In this document: positions 31,068 to 41,445 of the stretch, piece after piece | Position numbering within the stretch: the first letter of the stretch is position 1 | Layout of the letters: every line of letters starts with the position of its first letter | Assembly (NCBI GenBank): GCA_964487115.1 | Contig: CAZAPD010000071.1 | Coordinates: 1-63,100, forward strand | Source of the DNA: an uncultured Thermococci archaeon | Lineage (GTDB): Archaea > Methanobacteriota_B > Thermococci > Thermococcales > Thermococcaceae | DNA: 63,100 nucleotides | Direction: 5' to 3' | Position numbers and translations under genes: made by a program | Notes under the pieces: model-generated | Database searches by the model: none | What the model saw: the letters and a program-made list of their open reading frames with translations, nothing else | Told to the model about the DNA's origin: nothing

Positions 31068-33563
31068 TCATTCAAGCAATCCACGCCACTTCACAAGTCC
31101 CAAAAGGAACTTATAGGGCAACTTTTCATGATGAGGATACACCCTGATTGCATAATGCCAGCAGGGACTTCTGATGTATCTTAAAGCGTTCCCTTCATAT
31201 CTGTAAAGCCATTTGCCATTTCCAAGCCCCTCTGGATGTCGGAGTTCAATTATGTATGCCTTTTCAACATTGTAACCTGAGGATGTTAAACCGTAATAGA
31301 GCTCTACTTTAACATCGTCTGGAGAGAGCCCGTCTAAGTTAATAACTACTTCAAACGCCCGGGCATCTTGTAGAATAACTTTTTCTATGCTAACTTTATC
31401 CCATAACTCTAAAATCTTCTGCTTCCATGAGGCTATTTCTTTTGCCCCTCTATAACTCTCTCTTGTAGCCCAGATAAAGTTGCTCATAGCTTTTGAGTAG
31501 AACTTGTCCATGTACTCTTTGACCATTCTATGAGTGCTGAAGCGTGGAGCTATGCTTTTTATGCTCTCCTTCATCATATATATCCATTCTTTCTTGTTTC
31601 CATAATATGTCGGGATTACCTCCTTTTCGAGCAGTTCATAGAGGCTCTCTGCATCTTTAAGGTCATCTTCCTCTGTCTCGGGCTCAGTGGTTTCGTCACC
31701 TATGACCCATCCATTCTTTCCATTGTATCCTTCAACCCACCATCCATCGTATATGCTCAAGTTAAGAACACCATTGAGTCCAGCTTTCATCCCGCTCGTT
31801 CCGCTCGCTTCCATGGGCCTCCGCGGATTGTTGAGCCACACATCAACGCCAGCAACCATCAGCCGGGCAGAACCGATGTCATAGTTTTCGAGAACAAAGA
31901 TCTTTCCTTTGAACTCCGGCATCTGAGATATTTCATAAACTCTCCTGAGGAACTCCTTCCCTGCTTCATCCATTGGGTGGGCCTTACCACCGAAGATTAT
32001 ATAGACAGGTCTTTCGGGATCATTGACTATCCTGCTCAGTCTATCGAGATCACTCAGAATTAGGGTCGCCCGTTTATATGTGGCAAATCTTCTTGCAAAT
32101 CCTATGATAAGGGCATTTTCGTCCATATTAGGTAGCGGTTCGTCTATACCAAGCCTTTCATTTCTGCGCATTATCTTTCTCCTGAGGAGTTCTATAAGCT
32201 CTCTCTTGGCTGCAAGATGAGCTTCCCATAATTCTCCGTCTGGAATCCTTTCAATCCCATACCAGATACCTTCGATATTTGCATATTCCCTCCATATCCT
32301 GCCGATATACCTGTCAAAAAGCTTCTTGATTTCGTTGTGGAGCCATGTTTTTGTATGGACCCCGTTTGTTATGCCTTCAATGGGGATTTCATCCAGAGGA
32401 ACTCCTTCCCAGATTTCCTGCCACATCCTCTTTGTAACCTCAGCATGAAGTTTGCTGACGGCATTTACATAACTGGCGGTTCTTATTGCCAGCAGGGTCA
32501 TGTTGATCTGGTCTCCCTCCAGTCCAAGGTTCAGAAATTCGTCTTTGGAAAGGCCTTCAAAGAACTTTTTCAGTCTCTTCTCGACCTCTGTCACTGGGAA
32601 TCTATCGTGCCCTGCTGGGACTGGAGTATGTGTTGTGAAAACTGTTGTTCCACGCACTATGCTCAGGGCCTCAAGGAAAGTTAGGCCTTTCTCCAGATAC
32701 CACGCTATTCTCTGGAAGCTGGCAAAAGCTGGGTGTCCTTCGTTGAGGTGTATGACACTGGGTTCTATACCGAGCTCTTTTAGGAGCCTCATTCCCCCGA
32801 TTCCAAGGAGTATTTCTTGCTTGATTCTCTTGTCTATTTCAGCGTTGTAAAGGTAGTCACATATTCCTCTATCATCGGGACTGTTGGCTTTGACATCCGT
32901 GTCAAGGAGGTAGAGCTTAACCCTTCCAACCTTGACTTCAAATACACGGGCATAGACGATTCTGTCCTCAATAGGTACCTCTATAAGGAGGAGTTCTCCT
33001 GCATCATTCCTCACAGGAGTAATTGGCATTTCCTCTGGTTTGTGTTCAGGAAAGACCTCGATCTGCTTGCCGTTTCGATCTATCTCCTGCTTAAAATAAC
33101 CATGTTTATACAAGAGACCTATTGCGATAAATGGCAGACCAAGGTCACTGGCAGTTTTAACGTGATCTCCAGCCAGAATCCCCAGACCGCCAGAGTAAAT
33201 AGGGAGGCTTTTGCTTATTCCATACTCCATGCAGAGATAGACAATTGGTTTGTCCCATTTTGGATAGTTGGTTGAAAACCAAGTGCTTTCAGGATGCATA
33301 TATGCTCTGAAGAGCTCCCATACAAGCTCATAGAGGTTCATGAAGTTGTCATCTTTAACAAGCTCTTCCAGTCTCTCTTTTGGAGTATCAATGAGAAGCT
33401 TCACGGGATTTTTGAATTCTGCCCAGTGTTCAGGATCTATATATTCCCAGAGTTTTGTGGCACGTCTGTTCCAGCTCCACCAGTAGTTGTAGGCCATCTC
33501 AGCAAGATTCTCAATTGGCTGGGGAAGTTTTTGCCTGATTAGAACTTCAACATCCCTGCTCAT
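31068..33563 (-). CDS. Alpha-glucan (maltodextrin) phosphorylase
   Basis: YSGGLGILAGD, HLNEGHP, ARRFATYKR and the EASGTSGMK PLP motif. Confidence 0.96.
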   Translation of the reverse strand: MSRDVEVLIRQKLPQPIENLAEMAYNYWWSWNRRATKLWEYIDPEHWAEFKNPVKLLIDTPKERLEELVKDDNFMNLYELVWELFRAYMHPESTWFSTNYPKWDKPIVYLCMEYGISKSLPIYSGGLGILAGDHVKTASDLGLPFIAIGLLYKHGYFKQEIDRNGKQIEVFPEHKPEEMPITPVRNDAGELLLIEVPIEDRIVYARVFEVKVGRVKLYLLDTDVKANSPDDRGICDYLYNAEIDKRIKQEILLGIGGMRLLKELGIEPSVIHLNEGHPAFASFQRIAWYLEKGLTFLEALSIVRGTTVFTTHTPVPAGHDRFPVTEVEKRLKKFFEGLSKDEFLNLGLEGDQINMTLLAIRTASYVNAVSKLHAEVTKRMWQEIWEGVPLDEIPIEGITNGVHTKTWLHNEIKKLFDRYIGRIWREYANIEGIWYGIERIPDGELWEAHLAAKRELIELLRRKIMRRNERLGIDEPLPNMDENALIIGFARRFATYKRATLILSDLDRLSRIVNDPERPVYIIFGGKAHPMDEAGKEFLRRVYEISQMPEFKGKIFVLENYDIGSARLMVAGVDVWLNNPRRPMEASGTSGMKAGLNGVLNLSIYDGWWVEGYNGKNGWVIGDETTEPETEEDDLKDAESLYELLEKEVIPTYYGNKKEWIYMMKESIKSIAPRFSTHRMVKEYMDKFYSKAMSNFIWATRESYRGAKEIASWKQKILELWDKVSIEKVILQDARAFEVVINLDGLSPDDVKVELYYGLTSSGYNVEKAYIIELRHPEGLGNGKWLYRYEGNALRYIRSPCWHYAIRVYPHHEKLPYKFLLGLVKWRGLLE

Positions 33564-33578
33564 ATTTTCACCTCATGG

Positions 33579-33595
33579 TATCATCTTAGGTGATA
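33579..33595. promoter_or_regulatory. Thermococcales glycolytic motif (TGM, TrmBL1/Tgr site)
   Basis: Minus strand TATCAC-CTAAG-ATGATA, one mismatch to TATCAC-N5-GTGATA, between the TATA and the RBS of the phosphorylase gene. Confidence 0.75.
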
Positions 33596-33659
33596 TGTTG
33601 AATTTGAACATTAAAAGAGTTTTGGAACGACATTTAACGAAATTAAGAAAAAAGAGAGA

Positions 33660-35534
33660 TTACTCTCCGAATTGGAATGGGCTTATATAATCTCCATATT
33701 TAGCTTGTGCATTCAACAGTCTCTGCCTCTCTTCCTCAAGAATTCTGTAGAACTCCTTCGGAACCTCCTTAACCTGCTCGCGATAGATCTTCTCAATGCG
33801 CTCTATCTTTGCCAAAAGCTCTGGAACCCTTATCATGAACTGCTTTTCATAATCCTTTTTCGTGTAGTCCTTGTTCAGAACCTCCTTGAAAAGCCTTGCC
33901 AAATCATCATATTTTGGGATATAGCCGATAGGGGTTTCTACTGCATCGACATCTCCATGAGCCCTTAGTTCCATCCATTTGAGCCACACAGCCTTATCAA
34001 GCTTGTGGTTGAGCCACTCGCCATTTTCATCACGGAGAAAGTAGTTAACTGCAAAGATTTTTGGCTCTTCAGCTACTTTCTCTGCAAATCTGAGGTAATT
34101 ATCAATATATTCTCCCAGATGGACACTCATAAAGTCAAGTATAGCCATCGGATTGAAGGCTCTAACACCTTCCTTGCCAAGTGTCGCGGCTGTAGTCTCG
34201 GATTCAAGTGAGGCACCCATTGTAACGACTCCGTGCTTCCAATTAAAGGCTTCCCTAACAGGTGGCCATGTATCTTTATCACGACCTCCAAAGATCATTC
34301 CACCAATTTTGACTCCGCAGGGAGCATTGAGTGCTTCAAGATCAACATTTGGAAATACCTCAAGACTTACAGTGAAGCGAGCATTTTTATGACTTGGTGG
34401 GATTTCATTGCCCTCCCTGTCTCTCTTCCCTATCCACCACTGACCACTGTGATTCTCTCCCTCATCGGGTATTGGAATCCCCATATCGTTCCAGTACGGC
34501 TTTCCATCCTTGACAAGAACATTTGAGAATATTATTTCATGCTGGGAATGGAGTACTTCCCATATTACAGGATCATCTTCAGGATTGACGCCTTGGATGA
34601 TACCGAAAACGCCTTTCTCAACGTTTGCACCTCTTGCCTCACCTTTCATAGGGACTATGAACGTCAGATCGTCACCGACGATGTTCTCCCACGGAATCAT
34701 CGCTGTTGATGTTTTTCCGCACATGCTTGGATAAGCCCCGGTGAAATAAGTTCTCCTGCCGTTTGGTCCGTTCACGCGCATGAGGAACATATGTTCGCTA
34801 AGCCACCCTTCCTTAACGGCACGCTGAATAGTGAGCCTGAAGGCAAGCTTTTTGAGACCTATCGTGTTGCCTCCATACTGGGTGTTAACAGAATATACGG
34901 TTTCATCCTCTAAATCTATGTAAATCCTCCTTTTGTCGAGGTTTTTGCTTGTCTTTCTTTCGTCGAGTTCACCTTCACTGTGCACAAATTTAAGAAATCT
35001 TGCCTGTCGTCCAAGGCGTTTGAACTCTTCATAGCCTTTTCTGTAGAGAATGAACTCAGAATGGGCTACATATGCAGAGTCTGTGAGTTGAACTGCGGGA
35101 ATTGTAAAAACTGATTCCTTCGGTCCGAGAACGAAAAAACACACAAACAGCTCTTTTCCTTTCATAACATCTTTCATAAGTTCGTGTATCTCCTTCAATC
35201 CCTTATCCCTGTCAAGCGTGTTCAGGAATGGTAGTTTTTTTCCTCCTGGAATTAGTAGTTTGGTGTTGGCTTTGTCCCTTGCTTGGTCGTAGTAGTTGTC
35301 ATAATGCACTGTGTGTCCCGGAGTTTCAAGAAGCTTCTCTTCTCCATAATACAGAGCCTTCCATCTGACGTAAAATTCATCCTCTTCGCTGTCACTGCAT
35401 ACAAAAACCCGGTCTGGATTTAAGAGCTTGATATATTTTGCAAGAAACTCATGGAGTTCCGGATTATCTATCGCTTTGACCTTTTCGAACTGTTTTTTTT
35501 CAAGTCTTTTTTCAAGATATTTAAGTGCGTTCAC
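33660..35534 (-). CDS. pckG: Phosphoenolpyruvate carboxykinase (GTP)
   Basis: YGGNTIGLKK, WLSEHM, YPSMCGKTS and VGDDL motifs. GTG start after GGAGGGGG. Confidence 0.96.
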   Translation of the reverse strand: MNALKYLEKRLEKKQFEKVKAIDNPELHEFLAKYIKLLNPDRVFVCSDSEEDEFYVRWKALYYGEEKLLETPGHTVHYDNYYDQARDKANTKLLIPGGKKLPFLNTLDRDKGLKEIHELMKDVMKGKELFVCFFVLGPKESVFTIPAVQLTDSAYVAHSEFILYRKGYEEFKRLGRQARFLKFVHSEGELDERKTSKNLDKRRIYIDLEDETVYSVNTQYGGNTIGLKKLAFRLTIQRAVKEGWLSEHMFLMRVNGPNGRRTYFTGAYPSMCGKTSTAMIPWENIVGDDLTFIVPMKGEARGANVEKGVFGIIQGVNPEDDPVIWEVLHSQHEIIFSNVLVKDGKPYWNDMGIPIPDEGENHSGQWWIGKRDREGNEIPPSHKNARFTVSLEVFPNVDLEALNAPCGVKIGGMIFGGRDKDTWPPVREAFNWKHGVVTMGASLESETTAATLGKEGVRAFNPMAILDFMSVHLGEYIDNYLRFAEKVAEEPKIFAVNYFLRDENGEWLNHKLDKAVWLKWMELRAHGDVDAVETPIGYIPKYDDLARLFKEVLNKDYTKKDYEKQFMIRVPELLAKIERIEKIYREQVKEVPKEFYRILEEERQRLLNAQAKYGDYISPFQFGE

Positions 35535-35654
35535 GAGTATCGCCCCCTCCGTCAGATAGTTATCTACCAACTTAAAAATACTTTCTAATTTCCAGTAGAT
35601 TTGAATAGCGCAAAACATATTAATAAAGAAATAGATAGCCTACCGGTGCACACA

Positions 35655-36740
35655 ATGCAGGCAGTGATTATGGCAGGCGGTAAAGGGACGAGGCTCCTTC
35701 CTCTGACAGTCTACAGACCAAAACCGATGATTCCCTTTTTCAATAAGCCCATTATGGAGTACGTCCTTGAAAAGCTGATCAAAGCGGGTGTCGATGAGGT
35801 TTTTGTACTGACCGGTTATCTCAAGGAACGCATAATGAACTACTTTGAAGATGGCAGCAAATGGGGAGTCGAAATACACTACTCTGACAAGGATAATCTA
35901 AAACTTGGCACTGCAGGAGCAACAAAAAAAGTTGTAGATAAAATGGAAGACACGTTCATAGTGGCCTCAAGTGATGTGTTGACGGATTTAAATATAAAGG
36001 AATTCTACGAATACCATAAGAAGAAAAATGCCCTGGCCACAATTGCACTCTCTAAGGTTGAAGATCCAACGCAGTATGGAATTGCGATAGTAGATGAGGA
36101 GAATCGCATCATGAGATTCAAAGAAAAGCCAAAACCAGAGGAAGCTTTCAGTAATCTGGTAAATGCAGGGGTATATATATTTGAACCTGATGCTTTTGAC
36201 CTTGTTCCTAAGGGAGAAAATTTTGACTTTTCCATGCATCTATTTCCGAAAATGCTCCAAGAGGGTCTTCCTCTCTATGGGTTTCCCTTTGATGAATACT
36301 GGAATGATGTGGGAAGACCATCAAGCTATCTCCAAGCAACCAAAGATGTCTTTATGGGAAAGCTTTCCCTGCCTCAAATAAGGGTGGATTCGCTGAAGGG
36401 CAACCTTGAATATGGTGGAGCCATATTCACAGGGCGGAGATGCAGACTCAGGCACTTCAATATCAGGGGTTTTGCTGTACTTGGAAACAATGTGGAGATA
36501 GGGAGAAATGTTAAAATAGAACGTTCGGTGATATTCTCAAATGTTACTATAGAAGAGGGTGTTGAGATCAAAGAAGCGATCATAGGCGAGAATGTGTATA
36601 TTGGAAAGGGTGCTGTAATACAGCCCGGAAGTGTTATTGGAGATAACAGCGTAATTGAAGAGTTCAGCAAGATTGGTTCAAATGTTAAAATCTGGGTTGA
36701 GTCCAGAATTGGAAAAGAAAGCATAATACTGCCGGATTGA
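35655..36740 (+). CDS. Sugar-phosphate nucleotidyltransferase with a left-handed beta-helix
   Basis: MAGGKGTRLLPLT..RPKP, FKEKP and YWNDVG motifs, hexapeptide repeats. Confidence 0.92.
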   Translation: MQAVIMAGGKGTRLLPLTVYRPKPMIPFFNKPIMEYVLEKLIKAGVDEVFVLTGYLKERIMNYFEDGSKWGVEIHYSDKDNLKLGTAGATKKVVDKMEDTFIVASSDVLTDLNIKEFYEYHKKKNALATIALSKVEDPTQYGIAIVDEENRIMRFKEKPKPEEAFSNLVNAGVYIFEPDAFDLVPKGENFDFSMHLFPKMLQEGLPLYGFPFDEYWNDVGRPSSYLQATKDVFMGKLSLPQIRVDSLKGNLEYGGAIFTGRRCRLRHFNIRGFAVLGNNVEIGRNVKIERSVIFSNVTIEEGVEIKEAIIGENVYIGKGAVIQPGSVIGDNSVIEEFSKIGSNVKIWVESRIGKESIILPD

Positions 36741-36750
36741 GGTGATAAAG

Positions 36751-37458
36751 ATGGAGATATATCGCTCGGAGAAGTTCAATCCCGAGGAACTTGCCCTACT
36801 TGGAAGGGCTATAGGAACTGTCGCCCAGGGTACAATCATAGTAGGTAGGGATGGAAGAGCAATTTCCCGTTATGGTAAGAGATCAATGGTTGTTGGAATC
36901 GTAAGCACGGGTTCAACAATTATGGATGTCAGGTTAATTCCACTTATAGCCCTCAAGGACTTTGCTCATAAGAAAGGCTTTCCGCTGGCGTATGTCTACT
37001 ATTACAGCGGTGTGAGGGTTGAGATCAGCGGAATTGATGCTGACGAGATAGAGGCAATACTCAAGAGTAGGAGCTTCATAGAGGCACATCCAAATGACAT
37101 TGGTGCAACGGTATATTATCCCAACGCAATAGATGATTTTCTCCACGAGATTTTCAAGCACTATCATTTCAAACTCGAAGGTAAGGCACTGGTCGACTGT
37201 ATGAACACCCCAGCAGTGCTTTTCTTCCCAAGGATGAGTGAACACTTTGGATTTGAGGCCGAGCTGTTGAATGACATGATGACAAGCTATCTCCCACCAA
37301 AACCACGCGAGGTTTTCCTCCAGAAGCTGAAGAAAGGGAACTATTCATTCGGTATGAGATTCAGACCTGAAGGCATAGTCGAGGTCTACCACGGTGATGA
37401 AACCCGTGAATTTGGCAGCATGTGGACACTCCTCGACTACATGCGAAAACATCTCTAA
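36751..37458 (+). CDS. Truncated phosphohexomutase-like protein lacking catalytic motifs
   Basis: IIVGRDGR and LVDCMN PMM-like segments. No TASHN phosphoserine loop and no DxDxD loop. Confidence 0.75.
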   Translation: MEIYRSEKFNPEELALLGRAIGTVAQGTIIVGRDGRAISRYGKRSMVVGIVSTGSTIMDVRLIPLIALKDFAHKKGFPLAYVYYYSGVRVEISGIDADEIEAILKSRSFIEAHPNDIGATVYYPNAIDDFLHEIFKHYHFKLEGKALVDCMNTPAVLFFPRMSEHFGFEAELLNDMMTSYLPPKPREVFLQKLKKGNYSFGMRFRPEGIVEVYHGDETREFGSMWTLLDYMRKHL

Positions 37459-37563
37459 AATTTCTTTTTCCTGCTTTTTAAAACCTCCAAAAAAATTTGA
37501 TGGAAAGCATTAAAAGTCTCTTTCCAGACCTTATCCCAAAATATCTCCTGCGGAGGTGTTTCA

Positions 37564-38184
37564 ATGTTTATCGTACTGGAAGGCATTGATGGGGCAGGAA
37601 AATCAACACAGGCAAGATTGTTAGCTGAATGGTTCAGAAGTAAGGGAAAAGATGTTGTATTAACAAAAGAACCAACTGACACCGCTTTTGGAAAGTTGAT
37701 AAGAAGGCTCGTTCTCACAGGTGGTAGAGAGGGTATAATTGACGGTGCCAGGATAAGTCATGAGGCTGAAGCTCTTCTTTTTGCGGCCGATAGGGCTGAA
37801 CACGTCCATAAGCTAATTAAACCTGCATTAAAGGTAGGGAAGGTTGTTATCTCTGACCGCTATTTCTATTCCTCTCTCGCTTATCAATGGGCACGGGGAC
37901 TGGATCTTGAATGGCTCATTGACCTGAATAAGTTTGCAATCAGACCTGATCTGGTTATTCTCCTTGATCTACCTGCAAAAGAAAGCCTAAAGCGCATCAA
38001 CGGTAGGAGCATAAAAACAGAATTTGATAGGATAGCCGAGCTTCAGAAAAAGGTTCGAGAGAACTACCTCAAGCTTGCGGAGATGTTTCCTGAGATAAAA
38101 ATTGTTAATGCGCTGGCTCCTCTAAAGGATATACACAACGATATAGTGGCGCTGGTTGAACACGAGCTTTTAAAGGAGGAATAG
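37564..38184 (+). CDS. tmk: Thymidylate kinase
   Basis: [17 protein letters not shown] and [12 protein letters not shown] motifs. Confidence 0.96.
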   Translation: MFIVLEGIDGAGKSTQARLLAEWFRSKGKDVVLTKEPTDTAFGKLIRRLVLTGGREGIIDGARISHEAEALLFAADRAEHVHKLIKPALKVGKVVISDRYFYSSLAYQWARGLDLEWLIDLNKFAIRPDLVILLDLPAKESLKRINGRSIKTEFDRIAELQKKVRENYLKLAEMFPEIKIVNALAPLKDIHNDIVALVEHELLKEE

Positions 38185-38237
38185 GTCAGACAGTGCCGAT
38201 CTCATCACAGCTCAGACCGGTAAACGCTCGTCATCCC
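38184..38237 (-). ncRNA. C/D box sRNA
   Basis: C ATGACGA, guide GCGTTTACCGGT, D' CTGA, C' GTGATGA, guide GATCGGCACTGT, D CTGA. Confidence 0.85.
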
Positions 38238-38287
38238 TCATCCTTTTTCGGGCAAGCTTTTTTAACCTTTCCGTAAATATCATTCTG

Positions 38288-38342
38288 CCGATGATGAGCG
38301 TTAGCCACTCTGATTGATGAAGAAAAGAGGGTTAGCTGAGGT
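38288..38342 (+). ncRNA. C/D box sRNA
   Basis: C ATGATGA, guide GCGTTAGCCACT, D' CTGA, C' TTGATGA/ATGAAGA, guide AAAGAGGGTTAG, D CTGA. Confidence 0.88.
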
Positions 38343-38444
38343 CTTTTGAATACTATCGACAAACTTTCCCATTTGAATATTCTGTAGTTCAGAATTTAAA
38401 TGGGTGTTATATAGGACATTATCCTAATCTATCGTGGTGAGACT

Positions 38445-39332
38445 ATGAAAGCTATTGAAATTAAGGAGCTGAAAAAAAGCTATGGTAACGTTCCAGTGTT
38501 AAAGGGAATAGATTTGGAAATTGAAGAAGGAGAGATCTTTGCTCTTCTTGGACCAAATGGGGCGGGTAAGACAACTTTAATCCGGATTTTGGCTGAGGGA
38601 TTATCCTACGACAGCGGAAGTATTAAAATATTTGGTGAAGTTCTGAACAAAAAGACTGCCAGATTCATAGGTTATGTTCCTCAGGAGAGCATCTCCTATG
38701 ACCTGTTAACTGTAGAAGAAAACCTAAAATTTTACGCTGATCTTTATGATGCTCCAAAAGAGAGGATATATGAGCTGATAGATCGTTTTGCTCTTCCAAA
38801 GAAAAAGAAAGCAAAGGAACTAAGCGGTGGTTTCCGAAGAAGACTGAATCTGGCAATATCTCTACTTTACGATCCCAAGATTTTAATCCTTGATGAACCC
38901 TCATTAGGACTTGATGTTCCATCGAGGAGAGAGCTTTGGAATCTCATAGGGGAATTTAAAGAGGGTGGTAAGACAATTCTCATAGCAACACATTACATGG
39001 ACGAAGCAGAGGTTCTCGCCGATAGGATAGGCATAATGAATGAAGGGAGGATCATAGCTCTGGGAACTGCAGACGAGCTGAAGGCTCTTATCGGAGAAGA
39101 GAGCATTATATTCGTTGAAGGCTTTCTGAAAGGTCTGGAAAAACTTAGAAATGAATTTCGATTGGTCGAAAAAGAGAGTGGTGCCAGAATTCATGTTAAA
39201 AACTCAAAGGAAAGCCTTCCAAAGATAGTTGAAACTCTCGTTAAAAGCGGCAGTGAAGTAAGAACAATCAAAATCGAAGAGCCAACACTTGAAGACGTTT
39301 TTCTACAACTTACTGGGAGGAGTTTGGAATGA
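38445..39332 (+). CDS. ABC-2 type exporter ATP-binding protein
   Basis: Walker A GPNGAGKTT, LSGG signature, ILILDEP. Confidence 0.95.
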   Translation: MKAIEIKELKKSYGNVPVLKGIDLEIEEGEIFALLGPNGAGKTTLIRILAEGLSYDSGSIKIFGEVLNKKTARFIGYVPQESISYDLLTVEENLKFYADLYDAPKERIYELIDRFALPKKKKAKELSGGFRRRLNLAISLLYDPKILILDEPSLGLDVPSRRELWNLIGEFKEGGKTILIATHYMDEAEVLADRIGIMNEGRIIALGTADELKALIGEESIIFVEGFLKGLEKLRNEFRLVEKESGARIHVKNSKESLPKIVETLVKSGSEVRTIKIEEPTLEDVFLQLTGRSLE

Positions 39333-40564
39333 AGCTTAGGGCCATCAAAGGCATAATAATTAAAGACCTAAGGGAGCTCCGTAGGGAAAAAATGGCTCTC
39401 TTCTGGATATTTATATTTCCCTTGATGTGGATTACCCTCTTTGGTACCATGTGGGGAGGTCAGAGCCCACCTATGAGTCTGGACGTTGGAGTGGTTTATA
39501 CCAACGAAAGCTCAGGTTTCACGGCCTATGATGTTGTCAGGATAATGGAAAATGTAACTCTGGAAGGTGTTCATATTTTCAAGATAAAGGAATTCTCAAA
39601 GAAGGAATCCGGTATTGATGCTTTAAAACATGGTAAAATTGACTCCCTAATTATATTTCCCTCTGGATTTGGCGGAAATATCAGCGCTGGAAAACAGGCA
39701 AAAATTTACATATACTTCGACAAGAGTGATCCCCAGCAGTATCAGATAGTCAGGGGGACTGTCATGGGATTTTTCTCTGAGATGGAGAAGAAAATGAGGG
39801 AGAAAAGGCTTGAAGTCCAGCTTAAATACATGGAAGCTCACATTCCCAAAGACATAGCGGAGTATAACATAAGCCCTGAGGCCATGAGGGAATACCTCAT
39901 AGCAAGTGCGGAGCCATTAAAAGTTGAAGAGAAGGAGGTTTCGGGCAAAAACCCAACACCAATACAATTCTATATAACGAGCTTTATTGGTATTCAATTC
40001 CTTTTTGCTACAATGCTCACAATAGGAAGTGGAACGCTCGAAGAAATTGAAAAAGGAACATTGAGAAGGATAGCCGCTTCACCTGCTACCGCCTGGGATT
40101 TTCTGACAGGAAAGATGTTATCCACATTCCTCATCATAATGTTGAGCATTCTCGTAGGTTTAGGTTATGCAAAGCTCGTTTTTGGTGAAACCATAGTGCC
40201 AAGCCTCTTTGGATGGCTGATAATTTTCATTGCCTCGGTATTTTCAATGAGTCTCGGATTGGCAATAGCAATGGTCACGAGAAGTATAAAATCCACAACT
40301 GCAGTCGTAAACTTCATATCAATGCCCCTGCTTTTCCTGGCAGGGATCGTAATCCCGGAAAGCATTGTGCCCAGCTGGGCGAGGCCAATAGTCAATTATT
40401 TTGCACTTGGGAGGGCCTTGAAAGACTTCAGGCTACTTGAGATATATCACAGACCGACAAGCGAGATAATGCCCGGTTTTATCCTAATAACTGTAGAAAC
40501 GGTAGCGGTGTTTTTAATTGCAATATCTCTCTACAACTGGGTGATAAAAAGGCTGGAAGCTTAA
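39329..40564 (+). CDS. ABC-2 type exporter permease
   Basis: N-terminal TM, large extracellular loop, C-terminal TM bundle, EKGTLRR motif. Confidence 0.9.
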   Translation: MKLRAIKGIIIKDLRELRREKMALFWIFIFPLMWITLFGTMWGGQSPPMSLDVGVVYTNESSGFTAYDVVRIMENVTLEGVHIFKIKEFSKKESGIDALKHGKIDSLIIFPSGFGGNISAGKQAKIYIYFDKSDPQQYQIVRGTVMGFFSEMEKKMREKRLEVQLKYMEAHIPKDIAEYNISPEAMREYLIASAEPLKVEEKEVSGKNPTPIQFYITSFIGIQFLFATMLTIGSGTLEEIEKGTLRRIAASPATAWDFLTGKMLSTFLIIMLSILVGLGYAKLVFGETIVPSLFGWLIIFIASVFSMSLGLAIAMVTRSIKSTTAVVNFISMPLLFLAGIVIPESIVPSWARPIVNYFALGRALKDFRLLEIYHRPTSEIMPGFILITVETVAVFLIAISLYNWVIKRLEA

Positions 40565-40581
40565 AAAGCGAAAAGCTGGTG

Positions 40582-41445
40582 TTAAAGCCATTTGCCAAAA
40601 AACTCCAGAACGTGGGTTTCATAGCACTCTTTAGCTATATTTATCGTCCTAACATGGGCGGCTTCACTTACCCAGAGATTAATCTCTGGATTTATTTTTT
40701 TGTTTTCTCTGTAGAACTCCTCAACTTCTTCAATCATAACGAGAGGGTCTTTCTTACCCGCTATCAGGAGGAGGGGCTTCTTAATCCTGCTGGCGTATTG
40801 TATAATGCTGATAATTTTCCCCCCACTTATCCAGAGGGTAATCGGCTTAACAAGGCTGTATAGCCATGCTGGGAGCTTTGCAAAGTACTTCAATCCCCTT
40901 GCTCCGGTTTTATCCATGTAAATGGGAGGGCTATCAGCTATACCGCAGCATACCCTTTCATCCTCTGCCAGTGTCCGTATCGTGACTATGGCACCCATTG
41001 AAAATCCTATGAGACCTATTTTTTGGGCTTTTTCTGGTTTGTTTTCTTTCAACCAGTCTATGGCAGATAGGACATCAATAACCTCCTTATCTCCAATCGT
41101 CGTGTATTTCCCATCACTTTTTCCATGAGCCCTGAAATCAAAGACGAGAACGTTATAGCCCCCTTTAAGGAGGATTTCAATAATAGGCTTCATGTATATC
41201 TTCTCCCATTTGCTCGCTGTGTATCCATGTAGGGGTATGACAGTTTTTCCACAGCTCTGCTCAATCCACCAGGCATGGAGTTTAAGCCCATCCCTTGTTT
41301 TCATGATGACCTCTTCAAAATTGTATCCCAAATCCTTTGGTGTCCATTCCCCAACTAAACGGGGAGGAGATGCCATTTTATAGGCAACGAATGTTATAAA
41401 AGCAAGGAACAGGAGAATAACACCCAGAATTATCCACAGAATCAT
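40582..41445 (-). CDS. Membrane-anchored alpha/beta hydrolase
   Basis: LHGY, FDFRAHGKS, GFSMG nucleophile elbow, D and H catalytic positions. Confidence 0.9.
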   Translation of the reverse strand: MILWIILGVILLFLAFITFVAYKMASPPRLVGEWTPKDLGYNFEEVIMKTRDGLKLHAWWIEQSCGKTVIPLHGYTASKWEKIYMKPIIEILLKGGYNVLVFDFRAHGKSDGKYTTIGDKEVIDVLSAIDWLKENKPEKAQKIGLIGFSMGAIVTIRTLAEDERVCCGIADSPPIYMDKTGARGLKYFAKLPAWLYSLVKPITLWISGGKIISIIQYASRIKKPLLLIAGKKDPLVMIEEVEEFYRENKKINPEINLWVSEAAHVRTINIAKECYETHVLEFFGKWL

